Sequence record: OP870147.1
DNA length: 64,000 nt
Source: Escherichia phage vB_Eco_F31
Reading direction: 5' to 3' (one strand)
Under the pieces are notes generated by a model. The model had not been told where the DNA came from. It did no database searches and saw nothing but the letters and a program-made list of their open reading frames with translations. Shown piece after piece: positions 29,498-40,957 of the stretch. The position numbers and the translations under genes were made by a program. Position 1 is the first letter of the stretch. Every line of letters begins with the position of its first letter.

Positions 29498-30489
29498 TAT
29501 TGAACCTTATTAATATAAGTTAACAGCTCTTTAGTTTGTTCCCAACTGATGCACGCATCGGTAACGGAAACGCCATAGGACATATTATCAGAAATTTTTT
29601 GATTTCCTTCATGTAGGAACGATTCTATCATAATTCCTTTGACCAAATCATTAGCTGCTAAATTTTTACCAATACCAATTTGATTGCTATAATGCCCATC
29701 AGCGTTTGCATGGCTACAGTCAACCATTACATAATGATTCAGACCTACTGCCCTTGCTTTGTTAGAAGCTTCTTGAATATCAGAAGAATGATAGTTCGGG
29801 CCGTTGGTCCCGCCACGCAATACGATATGCGTATTCTGATTACCTTCAGCTTCAACAATGCCTACAGTACCATCGACGTCCATACCCATATACCGATGAG
29901 GCCAGGCGGCACTATACATCGCGTCTGTAGCTACTTTAATAGAACCATTGGTTGCGTTCTTGAAGCCTACGCACATCGGTAGACCTGAAGCAATTTCACG
30001 ATGTGTCTGACTTTCAGTCGTACGGGCACCAATAGCAACCCATGAGAAAATACCAGAAAGATACTTAATCGTGAATGGGTCTAATACTTCAGTTGCTAAT
30101 GGAAGTCCCATACGTAGAAGTTTACGACACAATGTTCGTGCAACTATAAGACCGTGGTTCATATCAAAACTTCCGTCAAGATATGGATCATTTACAAGAC
30201 CTTTCCAACCTACGGTAGTTCGAGGCTTTTCAAAATAAACGCGCATCACTAACAGAACATTAGGAAGACGAGTTTGAAGTTCAGCCAGACGTTTGCCGTA
30301 TTCAACAGCAGCAATAGGGTCATGAATTGAACAAGGACCTACAACAATAAGTTTGCGTGGGTCTTCACCGTTCATAATCGAATTAACTTGTTCGCGATGA
30401 GAAGCCACTTGTGATGCGTAAGCTTCCGACAAAGGAATAATCTCGGCCAGTTCTTTTGGAGAAATAAGTTTTCCGACGACAGGTAACAT
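29497..30489 (-). CDS. 3-deoxy-D-arabino-heptulosonate-7-phosphate (DAHP) synthase, class I (AroF/G/H-like)
   Basis: 330-aa ORF with hallmark blocks VVGPCSIHDP, RVYFEKPRTTVGWKGL, IGARTTESQ.HRE.ASGL, GFKN.T.G.IKVA, HANA like E. coli AroG; not part of the T4 reference gene set as I recall it. Confidence 0.85.
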   Translation of the reverse strand: MLPVVGKLISPKELAEIIPLSEAYASQVASHREQVNSIMNGEDPRKLIVVGPCSIHDPIAAVEYGKRLAELQTRLPNVLLVMRVYFEKPRTTVGWKGLVNDPYLDGSFDMNHGLIVARTLCRKLLRMGLPLATEVLDPFTIKYLSGIFSWVAIGARTTESQTHREIASGLPMCVGFKNATNGSIKVATDAMYSAAWPHRYMGMDVDGTVGIVEAEGNQNTHIVLRGGTNGPNYHSSDIQEASNKARAVGLNHYVMVDCSHANADGHYSNQIGIGKNLAANDLVKGIMIESFLHEGNQKISDNMSYGVSVTDACISWEQTKELLTYINKVQ

Positions 30490-30609
30490 AACAATCCTTA
30501 GGAGATATAAACAGATTCTGATTCAACAATACCTTTAACCGGATTAGACAGGCTAAGTTGGTAGTGCTCAGATTTATGACCATTCTCGATAGTAATGAGA
30601 TAGCTCTCA

Positions 30610-30846
30610 TTATAGTGTTCCATATACTCGAGTTGCTTCAACTAAACCGTCACTGCCTAATTTAAGGCTAGTAATCTGGTCACCATCTTTAGGATTAACG
30701 ATTATGAGAAAAGAACGTGGAGATTCTTGAATAACTCGTAATGTTGCATCCTGGAAACGTTCAGACACTTTATTGATGAGTGCTTGAGCAAATTCTTTTA
30801 CTTTAATCTGAAATTCGTGTACTGTAATTGGATTTTCACTTAGCAT
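30610..30846 (-). CDS. Hypothetical protein
   Basis: 78-aa ORF with early promoter 30866-30905 upstream. Confidence 0.5.
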   Translation of the reverse strand: MLSENPITVHEFQIKVKEFAQALINKVSERFQDATLRVIQESPRSFLIIVNPKDGDQITSLKLGSDGLVEATRVYGTL

Positions 30847-30865
30847 TTCGATTTCCTCATTGTAT

Positions 30866-30905
30866 TGGTAGAGTTATAGTATCACAACTCCACCATGTTG
30901 TAAAC
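30866..30905 (-). promoter_or_regulatory. Early promoter with 8-bp inverted repeat (one mismatch) flanking the -10
   Basis: Plus TGGTAGAGttatagtatcacaaCTCCACCAtgttGTAAAC. Confidence 0.5.
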
Positions 30906-30907
30906 CA

Positions 30908-31183
30908 TTAAATTGCTTTGCATTCAATTTTTTGTGTACCGAAATTGATATCGCATTGGATAACTAAATCACCGTCAAGATCAAATACCACTATGACGTG
31001 TGCAGACCCAGGGAGAAGAGTAATAGCAATAGAATCTACTTGGTCTGGGAGCAAAGCATTGAGTACATGAGTTAGTTGAGCATGAACTCTGAGTTCGGCT
31101 GCATTATCAAGCACTTCAAACATATTATTAGCAATAATCTGACTGAAGACTACCTTTACAATTTCAGAATATTTAGGGAACAT
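30908..31183 (-). CDS. Hypothetical protein
   Basis: 91-aa ORF. Confidence 0.5.
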   Translation of the reverse strand: MFPKYSEIVKVVFSQIIANNMFEVLDNAAELRVHAQLTHVLNALLPDQVDSIAITLLPGSAHVIVVFDLDGDLVIQCDINFGTQKIECKAI

Positions 31184-31190
31184 AATTACC

Positions 31191-31415
31191 TCAGTGTACA
31201 GTATTTACTTTAACTCGAACAACAAATCGCTCGGTCGGTTCACCTACAGGAACAAACTCTACATGATATTCACCTTTGTAACGAGTATTCAGGTCATTAC
31301 GAATTCCTGCGAGTTTGTTGATTAATGTAGGACTCATATTAAGTCCCACTAGTTTACGAAGCATTTTGTATGCTTCATCTTCGATTTCATGATGTTTATC
31401 GTACATAGTTTTCAT
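31191..31415 (-). CDS. Hypothetical protein
   Basis: 74-aa ORF. Confidence 0.5.
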   Translation of the reverse strand: MKTMYDKHHEIEDEAYKMLRKLVGLNMSPTLINKLAGIRNDLNTRYKGEYHVEFVPVGEPTERFVVRVKVNTVH

Positions 31416-31586
31416 TTAACCATTCAATTGCCTGGTCGACGTTATCAAATATACCGCCGTCCAAACGTTCTTCACGCTCATAGTCCAGCACATCAATACC
31501 GAACTGTCCATTTACTAAAGGCCAGGCTACAAACAAATATTCTTTATGATGTTCGATGGCCTCAATCACTTCATATAATCGTTTCA

Positions 31587-31587
<1 letters not shown>
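31396..31587 (-). CDS. Hypothetical protein
   Basis: 63-aa ORF directly downstream of pseT with overlapping stop/start. Confidence 0.45.
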
Positions 31588-32673
<1,086 letters not shown>

Positions 32674-32674
<1 letters not shown>

Positions 32675-32973
32675 TATTTGATTCCTAAGAAAGCTTCAAG
32701 AATACGAATGTTGAGTTCGCGCCGGTCTTTATTAATTTCAGCAACGTTTTTATTAATTGACGTACTTCTAACGTTTGAAGAAATAAATTTAATCATATGA
32801 CTTTTGAGTTGTTGCAAATCCAACCCTTTTTCTTTAGCAGCTTTACGAAGAGCTTTACCTGCTTCATCTAGTGCTTTTGCCGCATCTTTATCATAATTGC
32901 CAAGTGACATTCCGCGGCAGATATCAATATACTCATCAGACCGTTTGATGTAATTCTCTAGTAATGTTTTCAT
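32674..32973 (-). CDS. Hypothetical protein
   Basis: 99-aa ORF with early promoter 32997-33031 upstream. Confidence 0.5.
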
Positions 32974-32996
32974 TTAGATTTCCTCAATTATCCATA

Positions 32997-33031
32997 GGAG
33001 CATTATACTCTGCTCCCGAGAGTTTGTAAAC
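32997..33031 (-). promoter_or_regulatory. Early promoter with 6-bp inverted repeat flanking a consensus TATAAT
   Basis: Plus GGAGCAttatactcTGCTCCcgagagtttGTAAAC. Confidence 0.55.
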
Positions 33032-33255
33032 TATTTTACTAAAGATTCAATATACTCATGAAGAGCTTTAGTCGCTACTGCCCACTTATTCTGATATTCA
33101 TTTTTCAGATTAGCACGAGACTGAACTAACAAGCGGTCATTAGTCGGAGGCAAAGATTCTAATCGTTGAATCTGGCGTCCATAAATCATAGCCGCCATTT
33201 CAGATTCATAGATAAGCCCTTTAATGTATTCATGCTGTTCTTTAGTCATTGGCAT
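33031..33255 (-). CDS. Hypothetical protein
   Basis: 74-aa ORF. Confidence 0.45.
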   Translation of the reverse strand: MPMTKEQHEYIKGLIYESEMAAMIYGRQIQRLESLPPTNDRLLVQSRANLKNEYQNKWAVATKALHEYIESLVK

Positions 33256-33536
33256 TTTTCCTCTTTTAAACCACTACGATAATAACATAACATAGTCTTC
33301 TGGTCATGTATATATCTTTTTACGTCGTTTAACCAGATACGAAATTCTTGAGAGTCTTCAAATGGCATTCCAACCCACGGATTACCATCAATAACCTTTA
33401 CTTGCCATTTCTGGTTGTATTCGGAAATAGGCGTAGGCCATGAAGGATGTAAAGTTTCTTTAGGGCTTACTGGCACATCCTGAGTACATCCAACTAGGAG
33501 ACCAATAGATAATACAGCCACAGTTAATTTAATCAT
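33246..33536 (-). CDS. Outer-membrane spanin lipoprotein (o-spanin; T4 PseT.2 equivalent)
   Basis: 96-aa ORF with signal peptide and lipobox MIKLTVAVLSIGLLVGC; immediately downstream of i-spanin with ATGA overlap. Confidence 0.7.
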   Translation of the reverse strand: MIKLTVAVLSIGLLVGCTQDVPVSPKETLHPSWPTPISEYNQKWQVKVIDGNPWVGMPFEDSQEFRIWLNDVKRYIHDQKTMLCYYRSGLKEEKCQ

Positions 33537-33889
33537 TCTGAGAGCTTCCTGAGGTCTTCTGCAAAGGAATCGAAGGACCTGTTGATTTGTTTTTCGACCA
33601 ATCCTGGTTTACTTGCCACCACGTTCTTCTTCTTCGAATCCTTACGGAGCTTTTCATTTTCGGCCTTAAGTTGGTCAGCTAAAACACGATTCTTATAAGT
33701 CATTTCTTCGATTGACTGATATTGAGCTTTGAAGTCGTCTAATACTTTAGCATTGTTTTTAGCAGTCTCTTTAACAGAAGCTAATTCAGTATTCAACGAA
33801 TCAACTTTGTTGTTTAAGATAACTATTGTTATAGTAGAAACTAGAGCAAAAGCTGCTACTATAGCATAAATCGGATTTACTTTAAGCAT
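33533..33889 (-). CDS. Inner-membrane spanin (i-spanin; T4 PseT.3 equivalent)
   Basis: 118-aa ORF with N-terminal TM helix (IYAIVAAFALVSTITIVIL) followed by coiled-coil-like periplasmic region. Confidence 0.7.
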   Translation of the reverse strand: MLKVNPIYAIVAAFALVSTITIVILNNKVDSLNTELASVKETAKNNAKVLDDFKAQYQSIEEMTYKNRVLADQLKAENEKLRKDSKKKNVVASKPGLVEKQINRSFDSFAEDLRKLSE

Positions 33890-34377
33890 GTTTTAATAAT
33901 CTCAATGATTTCATCTCGGGATAATCCATTGATAAGAACGGTTTTCAAACCATCACACTGGATTTTGTACGATTCAAACAATACACACAACTCTTCTGCT
34001 GTATGATATGGACTTGAAATTCCGAGGCGGTTGAATTTGTCGGTAAGAGGGTCGCAAATAATGTAGAATTTTATACCTGCGATATGTACGTTTGGTTGAC
34101 TAATATTAACGAAAACATTAGCGTCATATTTAGTCAAATTGTTTTGAAGAAATTCTACCATGGCATTAACTGCTTCTGGCATCGCTTCGCGTTTCTCTTC
34201 AGCGTATCGGGTGGAATACTCTTTTTGTTTTACTTTCTTTTTAAGATTTTTGGCCAGTGTAACACGTAGGTCAGTAAGATAACCAACTGGACGTCCTTTC
34301 TTAAAGACTCGGATTCCGTCAGTTGTGTCTCCAAAAGCGGTTACGACCATATCATTAGTAATCAATTGCATATTCAT
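33877..34377 (-). CDS. alc: Probable Alc (inhibitor of host transcription on cytosine DNA)
   Basis: 166-aa ORF adjacent to rnlA on the pseT side, same size as T4 Alc (167 aa); call by synteny and size. Confidence 0.55.
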   Translation of the reverse strand: MNMQLITNDMVVTAFGDTTDGIRVFKKGRPVGYLTDLRVTLAKNLKKKVKQKEYSTRYAEEKREAMPEAVNAMVEFLQNNLTKYDANVFVNISQPNVHIAGIKFYIICDPLTDKFNRLGISSPYHTAEELCVLFESYKIQCDGLKTVLINGLSRDEIIEIIKTCLK

Positions 34378-34389
34378 AATTTTCTCCTC

Positions 34390-34437
34390 GTGTTATTGAT
34401 AAAAGCCATAGTAACACCTTCCTTGGTGTTTGTAAAC
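34390..34437 (-). promoter_or_regulatory. Early promoter (GTTTAC-N18-TACTAT) for alc-like gene, weaker inverted repeat
   Basis: Plus GTGTTAttgataaaagccatagTAACACcttccttggtgtttGTAAAC. Confidence 0.45.
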
Positions 34438-34439
34438 CA

Positions 34440-35573
<1,134 letters not shown>

Positions 35574-35619
35574 TCAGTTAGTTTTTTTAAATTGTACCAC
35601 AATCCTTGTGGTATGTAAA

Positions 35620-36030
35620 CTACTTTTTCTTATGTTGGATATTCCAAGGCGGGTTGAACTTTTTGATAAAAAGTGGTTCTTCAAGGTCCATTGTTGCGAT
35701 GGTCATTGAACCAAGTTCGTTGGTGACTGAAAGGTCAAAACATTGGCGGGCCCAGAATTCAACCTTTTTGCCTTGCATTAAGGCATCCAAAATCATAAGT
35801 GATTTTCTTGAATCTGAAGTCTGGTCTTTTCGATTTATGGCTGTTCGATAATAGTTAATGCGTTTCTTTAAATTCTTGGTTTTACCAATATACACGAGTT
35901 CGTCATCTATAGCAATAGCATATATGACATTTTTCTTATTAGGGACATCAACTGTTTTAATTGTTGCATCTTCTAATAGCTCCAATTCTGTATATTTAAT
36001 AAAGGAATATTCGGCGGCGATATCTTTCAT
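35620..36030 (-). CDS. denA: Endonuclease II
   Basis: 136-aa ORF (T4 DenA 136 aa) with GIY-YIG-like block IYAIAIDDELVYIGKTKNLKKRINYY. Confidence 0.85.
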   Translation of the reverse strand: MKDIAAEYSFIKYTELELLEDATIKTVDVPNKKNVIYAIAIDDELVYIGKTKNLKKRINYYRTAINRKDQTSDSRKSLMILDALMQGKKVEFWARQCFDLSVTNELGSMTIATMDLEEPLFIKKFNPPWNIQHKKK

Positions 36031-36038
36031 AATAAAGT

Positions 36039-36052
36039 GGGACCGAAGTCCC
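36039..36052 (-). other. Intercistronic UUCG hairpin between nrdB and denA
   Basis: Minus strand GGGACuucgGUCCC between nrdB stop (36057) and denA start (36030). Confidence 0.5.
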
Positions 36053-36056
36053 GTCC

Positions 36057-37247
36057 TTAGAAATATTTTTTGTATGAATTGATTACATTTTGGTCTACAT
36101 CATTATCAATTTGTGCGACAAGATAAGAACTGATTTCAACTTCTTGTGGGGCTGCTTGAACCAAATCAGAGTTCAAATACTCACGAATCCATGGAATAGG
36201 ATGACGAGTTGATACGTCTTTAAGAGGACATGGCAGACCACAACTACGCATACGAGACACGGTAAGATAATCCACAAATTCACTTAGGATTTTAACATTT
36301 AGACCTGGAAGAGCACCATCTTTAAACAAGTGTTCAGCCCATTCTTTTTCTTGAGCGTTAACTTCCATGAAAATATCAACTGCTTCTTGTTCACACTCTT
36401 GAGCAATTTTGACCCATTCATCACCGTCTTCGCCATCTTGTAAAGCACGAATAATATATTGAGTGCCCTTGAGGTGGAGCTGTTCATCACGAGCAATGAA
36501 CTTCATAATCTTGGCATTACCTTCCATGATTTCCATATTCTTGTGGAAGTTAAAGGTGCATGCGAAAGATACATAAAAACGAATAGCTTCTAAGGCATTA
36601 ATAACGTGCAAACAGAGGTAAAGAGATTTCATTAGCTCACGCTTCCAATATGTCTCATGCTCAATAGCATCTTCAATAACGTCTTCGTCTGCATTAATTT
36701 CTTTTTGGTATTCGATATCAGCTTTAGCGTTTTCCCAATAACGAGCTTTAACCAGAACATCATCATAATATCGTCCGATAGATTCGGCACGCTTCATAAT
36801 AGCTTCATCTAATACAATCTCATCAAACACCTTCGATGGATCTGTATAAAGATTTCGCATAATATGAGTATATGAACGAGAGTGAATAGTTTCACTGAAA
36901 GTCCATGTAGCAACCCATGTATCTAATGAAGGGTCTGAAAGCAATGACATAAGTACCGCAGATGGTGCTCTACCTTGGATAGAATCTAATAATGATTGAT
37001 ACTTAAGGTTGTTGGTAAAGATGTCCTGTTGGAACTGTGGAAGCTTATTAAACTGGGCCGAATCCAACATCAAGTTTACTTCCTCGGGACGCCAAAAGAA
37101 CGAGAGCTGCTTTTCGATAAGCTCTTCAAAAACTTTATGACGCTGAATATCATACCGTGCGAGGCCAAGACCAGAACCAAAGAACATCGGTTCGTTCAAA
37201 ACATCGACTTGTTGTGTGTTAAAAACTGTACTCATTATATTTCTCAC
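36057..37247 (-). CDS. nrdB: Ribonucleotide reductase small subunit NrdB (uninterrupted, no intron)
   Basis: 396-aa continuous ORF with class Ia R2 features; directly downstream of nrdA. Confidence 0.92.
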   Translation of the reverse strand: MRNIMSTVFNTQQVDVLNEPMFFGSGLGLARYDIQRHKVFEELIEKQLSFFWRPEEVNLMLDSAQFNKLPQFQQDIFTNNLKYQSLLDSIQGRAPSAVLMSLLSDPSLDTWVATWTFSETIHSRSYTHIMRNLYTDPSKVFDEIVLDEAIMKRAESIGRYYDDVLVKARYWENAKADIEYQKEINADEDVIEDAIEHETYWKRELMKSLYLCLHVINALEAIRFYVSFACTFNFHKNMEIMEGNAKIMKFIARDEQLHLKGTQYIIRALQDGEDGDEWVKIAQECEQEAVDIFMEVNAQEKEWAEHLFKDGALPGLNVKILSEFVDYLTVSRMRSCGLPCPLKDVSTRHPIPWIREYLNSDLVQAAPQEVEISSYLVAQIDNDVDQNVINSYKKYF

Positions 37248-37289
37248 TTAGTTATTAACTCATCCATGAGTAAATTATAATAAAAAGTC

Positions 37290-39545
37290 TTAAAGCTTAC
37301 AAGCAGAACAATCTTCTGCTTTAGGTGTTTCTAATTCATAGTCGTCTGTACCAGACCCATCACGAGTGTTATGATAGTAGAGGTTTTTTCCGCCAAAGTA
37401 CCAGAAGTAAAGCAGATCGTCAAGCATTACTGACATTGGCACTTTACCTTTCTCAAATACTGCAGGGTCATAGTAAGTATTAGCAGAAGCAGATTGGCAC
37501 ACCCATTTCAACATGATAGCAACTTGGGTCAAATAAGGTTTATTACCTTTCTTAGCAAGTTTCCACGCGTAATCGTAAAGACTCATGTTATGTTCGATAT
37601 TAGGAACAACCTGTCGGAAGTTGCCTTCTTTAGATTCTTTAATACTTACTGGACCACGTGGTGGCTCAATCCCGTTTGTAGAGTTTGATACTTGACTGCT
37701 TGACTCACAAGGCATGAGTGCAGACAACGTTGAGTTACGAATTCCATGTTCTTTGAGTTCAGCTCGAAGTTCTTCCCAGTCACAGACGTAGTTCGGGGCT
37801 GCGATTTGGTCAATCTTTTTATTGTACCAGTCGATAGGTAATTCGCCTCTAGACCATTTAGTGTCTGAATAATACTCGCAACATCCTTTTTCTTTGGCGA
37901 GTTTGATTGATGCTTTGATAAGGCCATATTGTAATCTCTCAAACAATTCATGAGTCAAATCGTTAGCGTCTTCATATGAAGCAAAGTTAGAAGCTAACCA
38001 TGCAGCATAGTTCGTAACACCAACACCAAGATTACGACGCTTTTTAGCTTTTAAAGCTTCTGGAACCGGATAATCTTGATAGTCTAACAGGTTATCAAGT
38101 GCACGTACTTGTACTTCAGCAAGTTCATTAATTTTATCTTGGTCTTGCCAATCAAATTTATCTAATACAAAAGCAGATAATGTGCATAAACCAATTTCAG
38201 CATCAGGACCATTCACATCATTAGTTGGAATAGCGATTTCACAACATAAGTTACTCTGACGAATTGGAGCTTTTTCACGAATAAACGGAGTGTAGTTATT
38301 CGTGTTATCAACAAACTGTGGATAAATTCGAGCAGTACCAGAGCGTTCAGTCATGAACAATTCAAAGAGTTCTAGTGCTTTGATTCTTTTCTTTCTGATT
38401 GTTGGGTCTTTTTCAGCTTTCTCATAAAGCTCACGGAATTTATCTTGATCTTCAAAGAACGAGTAGTATAGTTCGCCTGACATTTCGTGAGGGCTAAATA
38501 AAGTAATATAATCATTTTTACCAAGGCGTTCCATCATAAGGTCATTAATCTGAATTCCGTAGTCCATATGCCGAATACGGTTTTCATCCACGCCTTTGTT
38601 ATTTTTCAGAACTAATAGGTTCTCTACTTCTAAGTGCCACATCGGATAATACGCTGTAGCAGCACCACCACGAATACCACCTTGAGAACAAGATTTTACT
38701 GCAGTTTGGAAATGTTTCCAGAATGGAATAACGCCCGTATGTCGAACTTCACCCATACCGATCTTAGAACCTTCTGCACGAAGCATACCAACGTTGATAC
38801 CAATACCAGCTCGTTTAGAAATATATTCAATAATTGATGCTGAAGTTTTGTTAATAGATTTTAACGAATCACCGGCTTCAATAACTACACAACTAGAGAA
38901 CTGGCGAGTTGGAGTACGAGCACCTGCCATAATTGGGGTTGGCAATGAAACTTGATGAGTAGAAACGGCATCATAAAAACGAATAATATGTTTCAAACGG
39001 TCATGAGTTTCGTCTTGATGCAATGCCATGCCAATAGCCATGATAGCAAACTGTGGAGTTTCATAAATCTTCCCAGTTGTTTTATCTTTAACTAGATATT
39101 TTTCTTTAAGCTGCATAGCACCAGCATAAGTCAGGTCAAAGTCTCGTTCATGTTTAATCTGTGAATCGAGATAAATGATTTCTTCTGCTGAATATTGAGA
39201 CAACATCTCAGGGTCATATTTGCCTTCATTAACACAATAAGAAATATGGTCGATAAAAGCAGGCGGTTCAAACTGCCCATATACATCTTTACGAAGTGCA
39301 AACATTAGCCCTTTGGCGGCGACATACTGATAATCAGGTTCTTCGACAGAAATCGAGTTAGCTGCAACTTTAATACAAATCTTCTGGATATCTTTGGTGC
39401 TCATCCCGTCGACAAGATGGGTCTTAATTTCTTCGTACAATTCATATGGGTCGATTTGTGTTCCTTCACATTGCCAGGTCAGAACTTGGATAATTTTCTG
39501 TGCATCAAAATTTTGGGATACGCCACTGCTCTTAGTTACTTGCAT
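37290..39545 (-). CDS. nrdA: Ribonucleotide reductase large subunit NrdA
   Basis: 751-aa ORF (T4 NrdA ~754 aa) with N-terminal ATP-cone and class I catalytic blocks. Confidence 0.93.
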   Translation of the reverse strand: MQVTKSSGVSQNFDAQKIIQVLTWQCEGTQIDPYELYEEIKTHLVDGMSTKDIQKICIKVAANSISVEEPDYQYVAAKGLMFALRKDVYGQFEPPAFIDHISYCVNEGKYDPEMLSQYSAEEIIYLDSQIKHERDFDLTYAGAMQLKEKYLVKDKTTGKIYETPQFAIMAIGMALHQDETHDRLKHIIRFYDAVSTHQVSLPTPIMAGARTPTRQFSSCVVIEAGDSLKSINKTSASIIEYISKRAGIGINVGMLRAEGSKIGMGEVRHTGVIPFWKHFQTAVKSCSQGGIRGGAATAYYPMWHLEVENLLVLKNNKGVDENRIRHMDYGIQINDLMMERLGKNDYITLFSPHEMSGELYYSFFEDQDKFRELYEKAEKDPTIRKKRIKALELFELFMTERSGTARIYPQFVDNTNNYTPFIREKAPIRQSNLCCEIAIPTNDVNGPDAEIGLCTLSAFVLDKFDWQDQDKINELAEVQVRALDNLLDYQDYPVPEALKAKKRRNLGVGVTNYAAWLASNFASYEDANDLTHELFERLQYGLIKASIKLAKEKGCCEYYSDTKWSRGELPIDWYNKKIDQIAAPNYVCDWEELRAELKEHGIRNSTLSALMPCESSSQVSNSTNGIEPPRGPVSIKESKEGNFRQVVPNIEHNMSLYDYAWKLAKKGNKPYLTQVAIMLKWVCQSASANTYYDPAVFEKGKVPMSVMLDDLLYFWYFGGKNLYYHNTRDGSGTDDYELETPKAEDCSACKL

Positions 39546-39841
39546 ATGTCCTCTATATTAAATTCGTCTTTAAAAAGTTTATTAACCACTAGAGCTATTA
39601 TATCACCATGACAGGCTTTTGGTTTACATGTGCATCCCAGACGCATACCACGTAAAGGTTCTAGATGAGCTTTTGTGATTTCTCCACACTTAATTCTCTT
39701 AATAAAATCCTTTTTGAAAAGCTCAATAGCTTCTTCTCGGGAAGAGGCATCCTTGCCTACATAATTTCCCCAGAATGTGCCACGATGAATATTAACATCA
39801 AAATCGGATTTATATTTATTCACAACGCGGCACATTTTCAT
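39536..39841 (-). CDS. Hypothetical Cys-containing protein (T4 nrdA.1 position)
   Basis: 101-aa ORF overlapping nrdA start. Confidence 0.5.
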   Translation of the reverse strand: MKMCRVVNKYKSDFDVNIHRGTFWGNYVGKDASSREEAIELFKKDFIKRIKCGEITKAHLEPLRGMRLGCTCKPKACHGDIIALVVNKLFKDEFNIEDICK

Positions 39842-40095
39842 TACATGTCCTCTGCAATAATTTCTTCGTATTCTTTAGGAGTCAAGACCGTGATATTAAA
39901 ATAAACCAACGGTTCTTTTTCTATACCGAATCCACCACAGAATTCACGATATTCATAAATTCGTTCATGTGAATAACAAATGAATCGTTCACCTTTAACT
40001 GTGATTTCACTATTTGGTGAAGGGATATCCAGTTCACTTGGATTTTTCATTTCAAAAATTGTGGTGCCATATGAATTAATAAAACGTAAAATCAT
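39841..40095 (-). CDS. Hypothetical protein (T4 nrdA.2 position)
   Basis: 84-aa ORF. Confidence 0.5.
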   Translation of the reverse strand: MILRFINSYGTTIFEMKNPSELDIPSPNSEITVKGERFICYSHERIYEYREFCGGFGIEKEPLVYFNITVLTPKEYEEIIAEDM

Positions 40096-40096
40096 T

Positions 40097-40957
40097 TTAT
40101 ACCGCCATTTTAGCTTTGATAGCTGGATGAGATTCGTAATTTTTAAGAACGAAATCAGAATGTGTCATCGTTCCAGTAACCCAGTCCATTTGGATTTTTG
40201 TAGGCCAATTCTCAAAATTACTAGGCCAATTAATTTCAAGAGAACATAACTCTTTAGGTTCACGACGAAGAACTTCTTTGCATTGTTCTACATGATTGCT
40301 GTAGATATGCGTGTTGCCGCCTGAGAACACTAAATCACCTGGGATAAGGTTACACATCTTCGCTACAATATGCGTCAAGGCAGCGTACGAGGCAATGTTG
40401 AACGGCAGGCCCAAGAAAACATCTACACTGCGTTGATACCATTGTAAATCAAGATGCCCATTACGCACATTAAATTGATAGAACATATGACAAGGAGGAA
40501 GAGCCATTTGGTCAATTTCGGCAGGGTTCCATGCAGAAACTATTTGACGACGATCATTAGGAAGAGCTTTAATACGGTCGATAGTTTTGACCAATTGGTC
40601 TACACCACCAAAATCACGCCATTGCTTACCATAAATAGGACCAAGTTCGCCGCTATGATATCCAAGGTCTTTTGCCTGATTTTCATAGTTGTCGTCCCAA
40701 ATAGTTTTACCTTGAATAAGACTACCATGAGTACGAATACGCAAATCATTAACATTGGTAGAACCAGACATGAACCACAGTAACTCGGCAATACAAGCTT
40801 TCCATGCTAATTTCTTAGTTGTTACTGCAGGGAATCCTTTAGTCAGATCCCAACGTAATTTAGTTCCGAACAGGGCAATAGTGCCGGTACCTGTACGGTC
40901 GTCTGTTTCGTAGCCATTTTCTAGGATATCATTAATCAGGTATTGGTATTGTTTCAT
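40097..40957 (-). CDS. td: Thymidylate synthase (uninterrupted, no intron)
   Basis: 286-aa continuous ORF with ThyA active-site block ...ALPPCHMFYQF...; same length as spliced T4 Td. Confidence 0.95.
   Translation of the reverse strand: MKQYQYLINDILENGYETDDRTGTGTIALFGTKLRWDLTKGFPAVTTKKLAWKACIAELLWFMSGSTNVNDLRIRTHGSLIQGKTIWDDNYENQAKDLGYHSGELGPIYGKQWRDFGGVDQLVKTIDRIKALPNDRRQIVSAWNPAEIDQMALPPCHMFYQFNVRNGHLDLQWYQRSVDVFLGLPFNIASYAALTHIVAKMCNLIPGDLVFSGGNTHIYSNHVEQCKEVLRREPKELCSLEINWPSNFENWPTKIQMDWVTGTMTHSDFVLKNYESHPAIKAKMAV

Noticed and set aside
40097-40957. Possible group I introns or homing endonucleases in td, nrdB and the nrdA-td spacer
   Set aside because: Both genes are single continuous ORFs of the expected spliced length and no endonuclease-like ORF is present.
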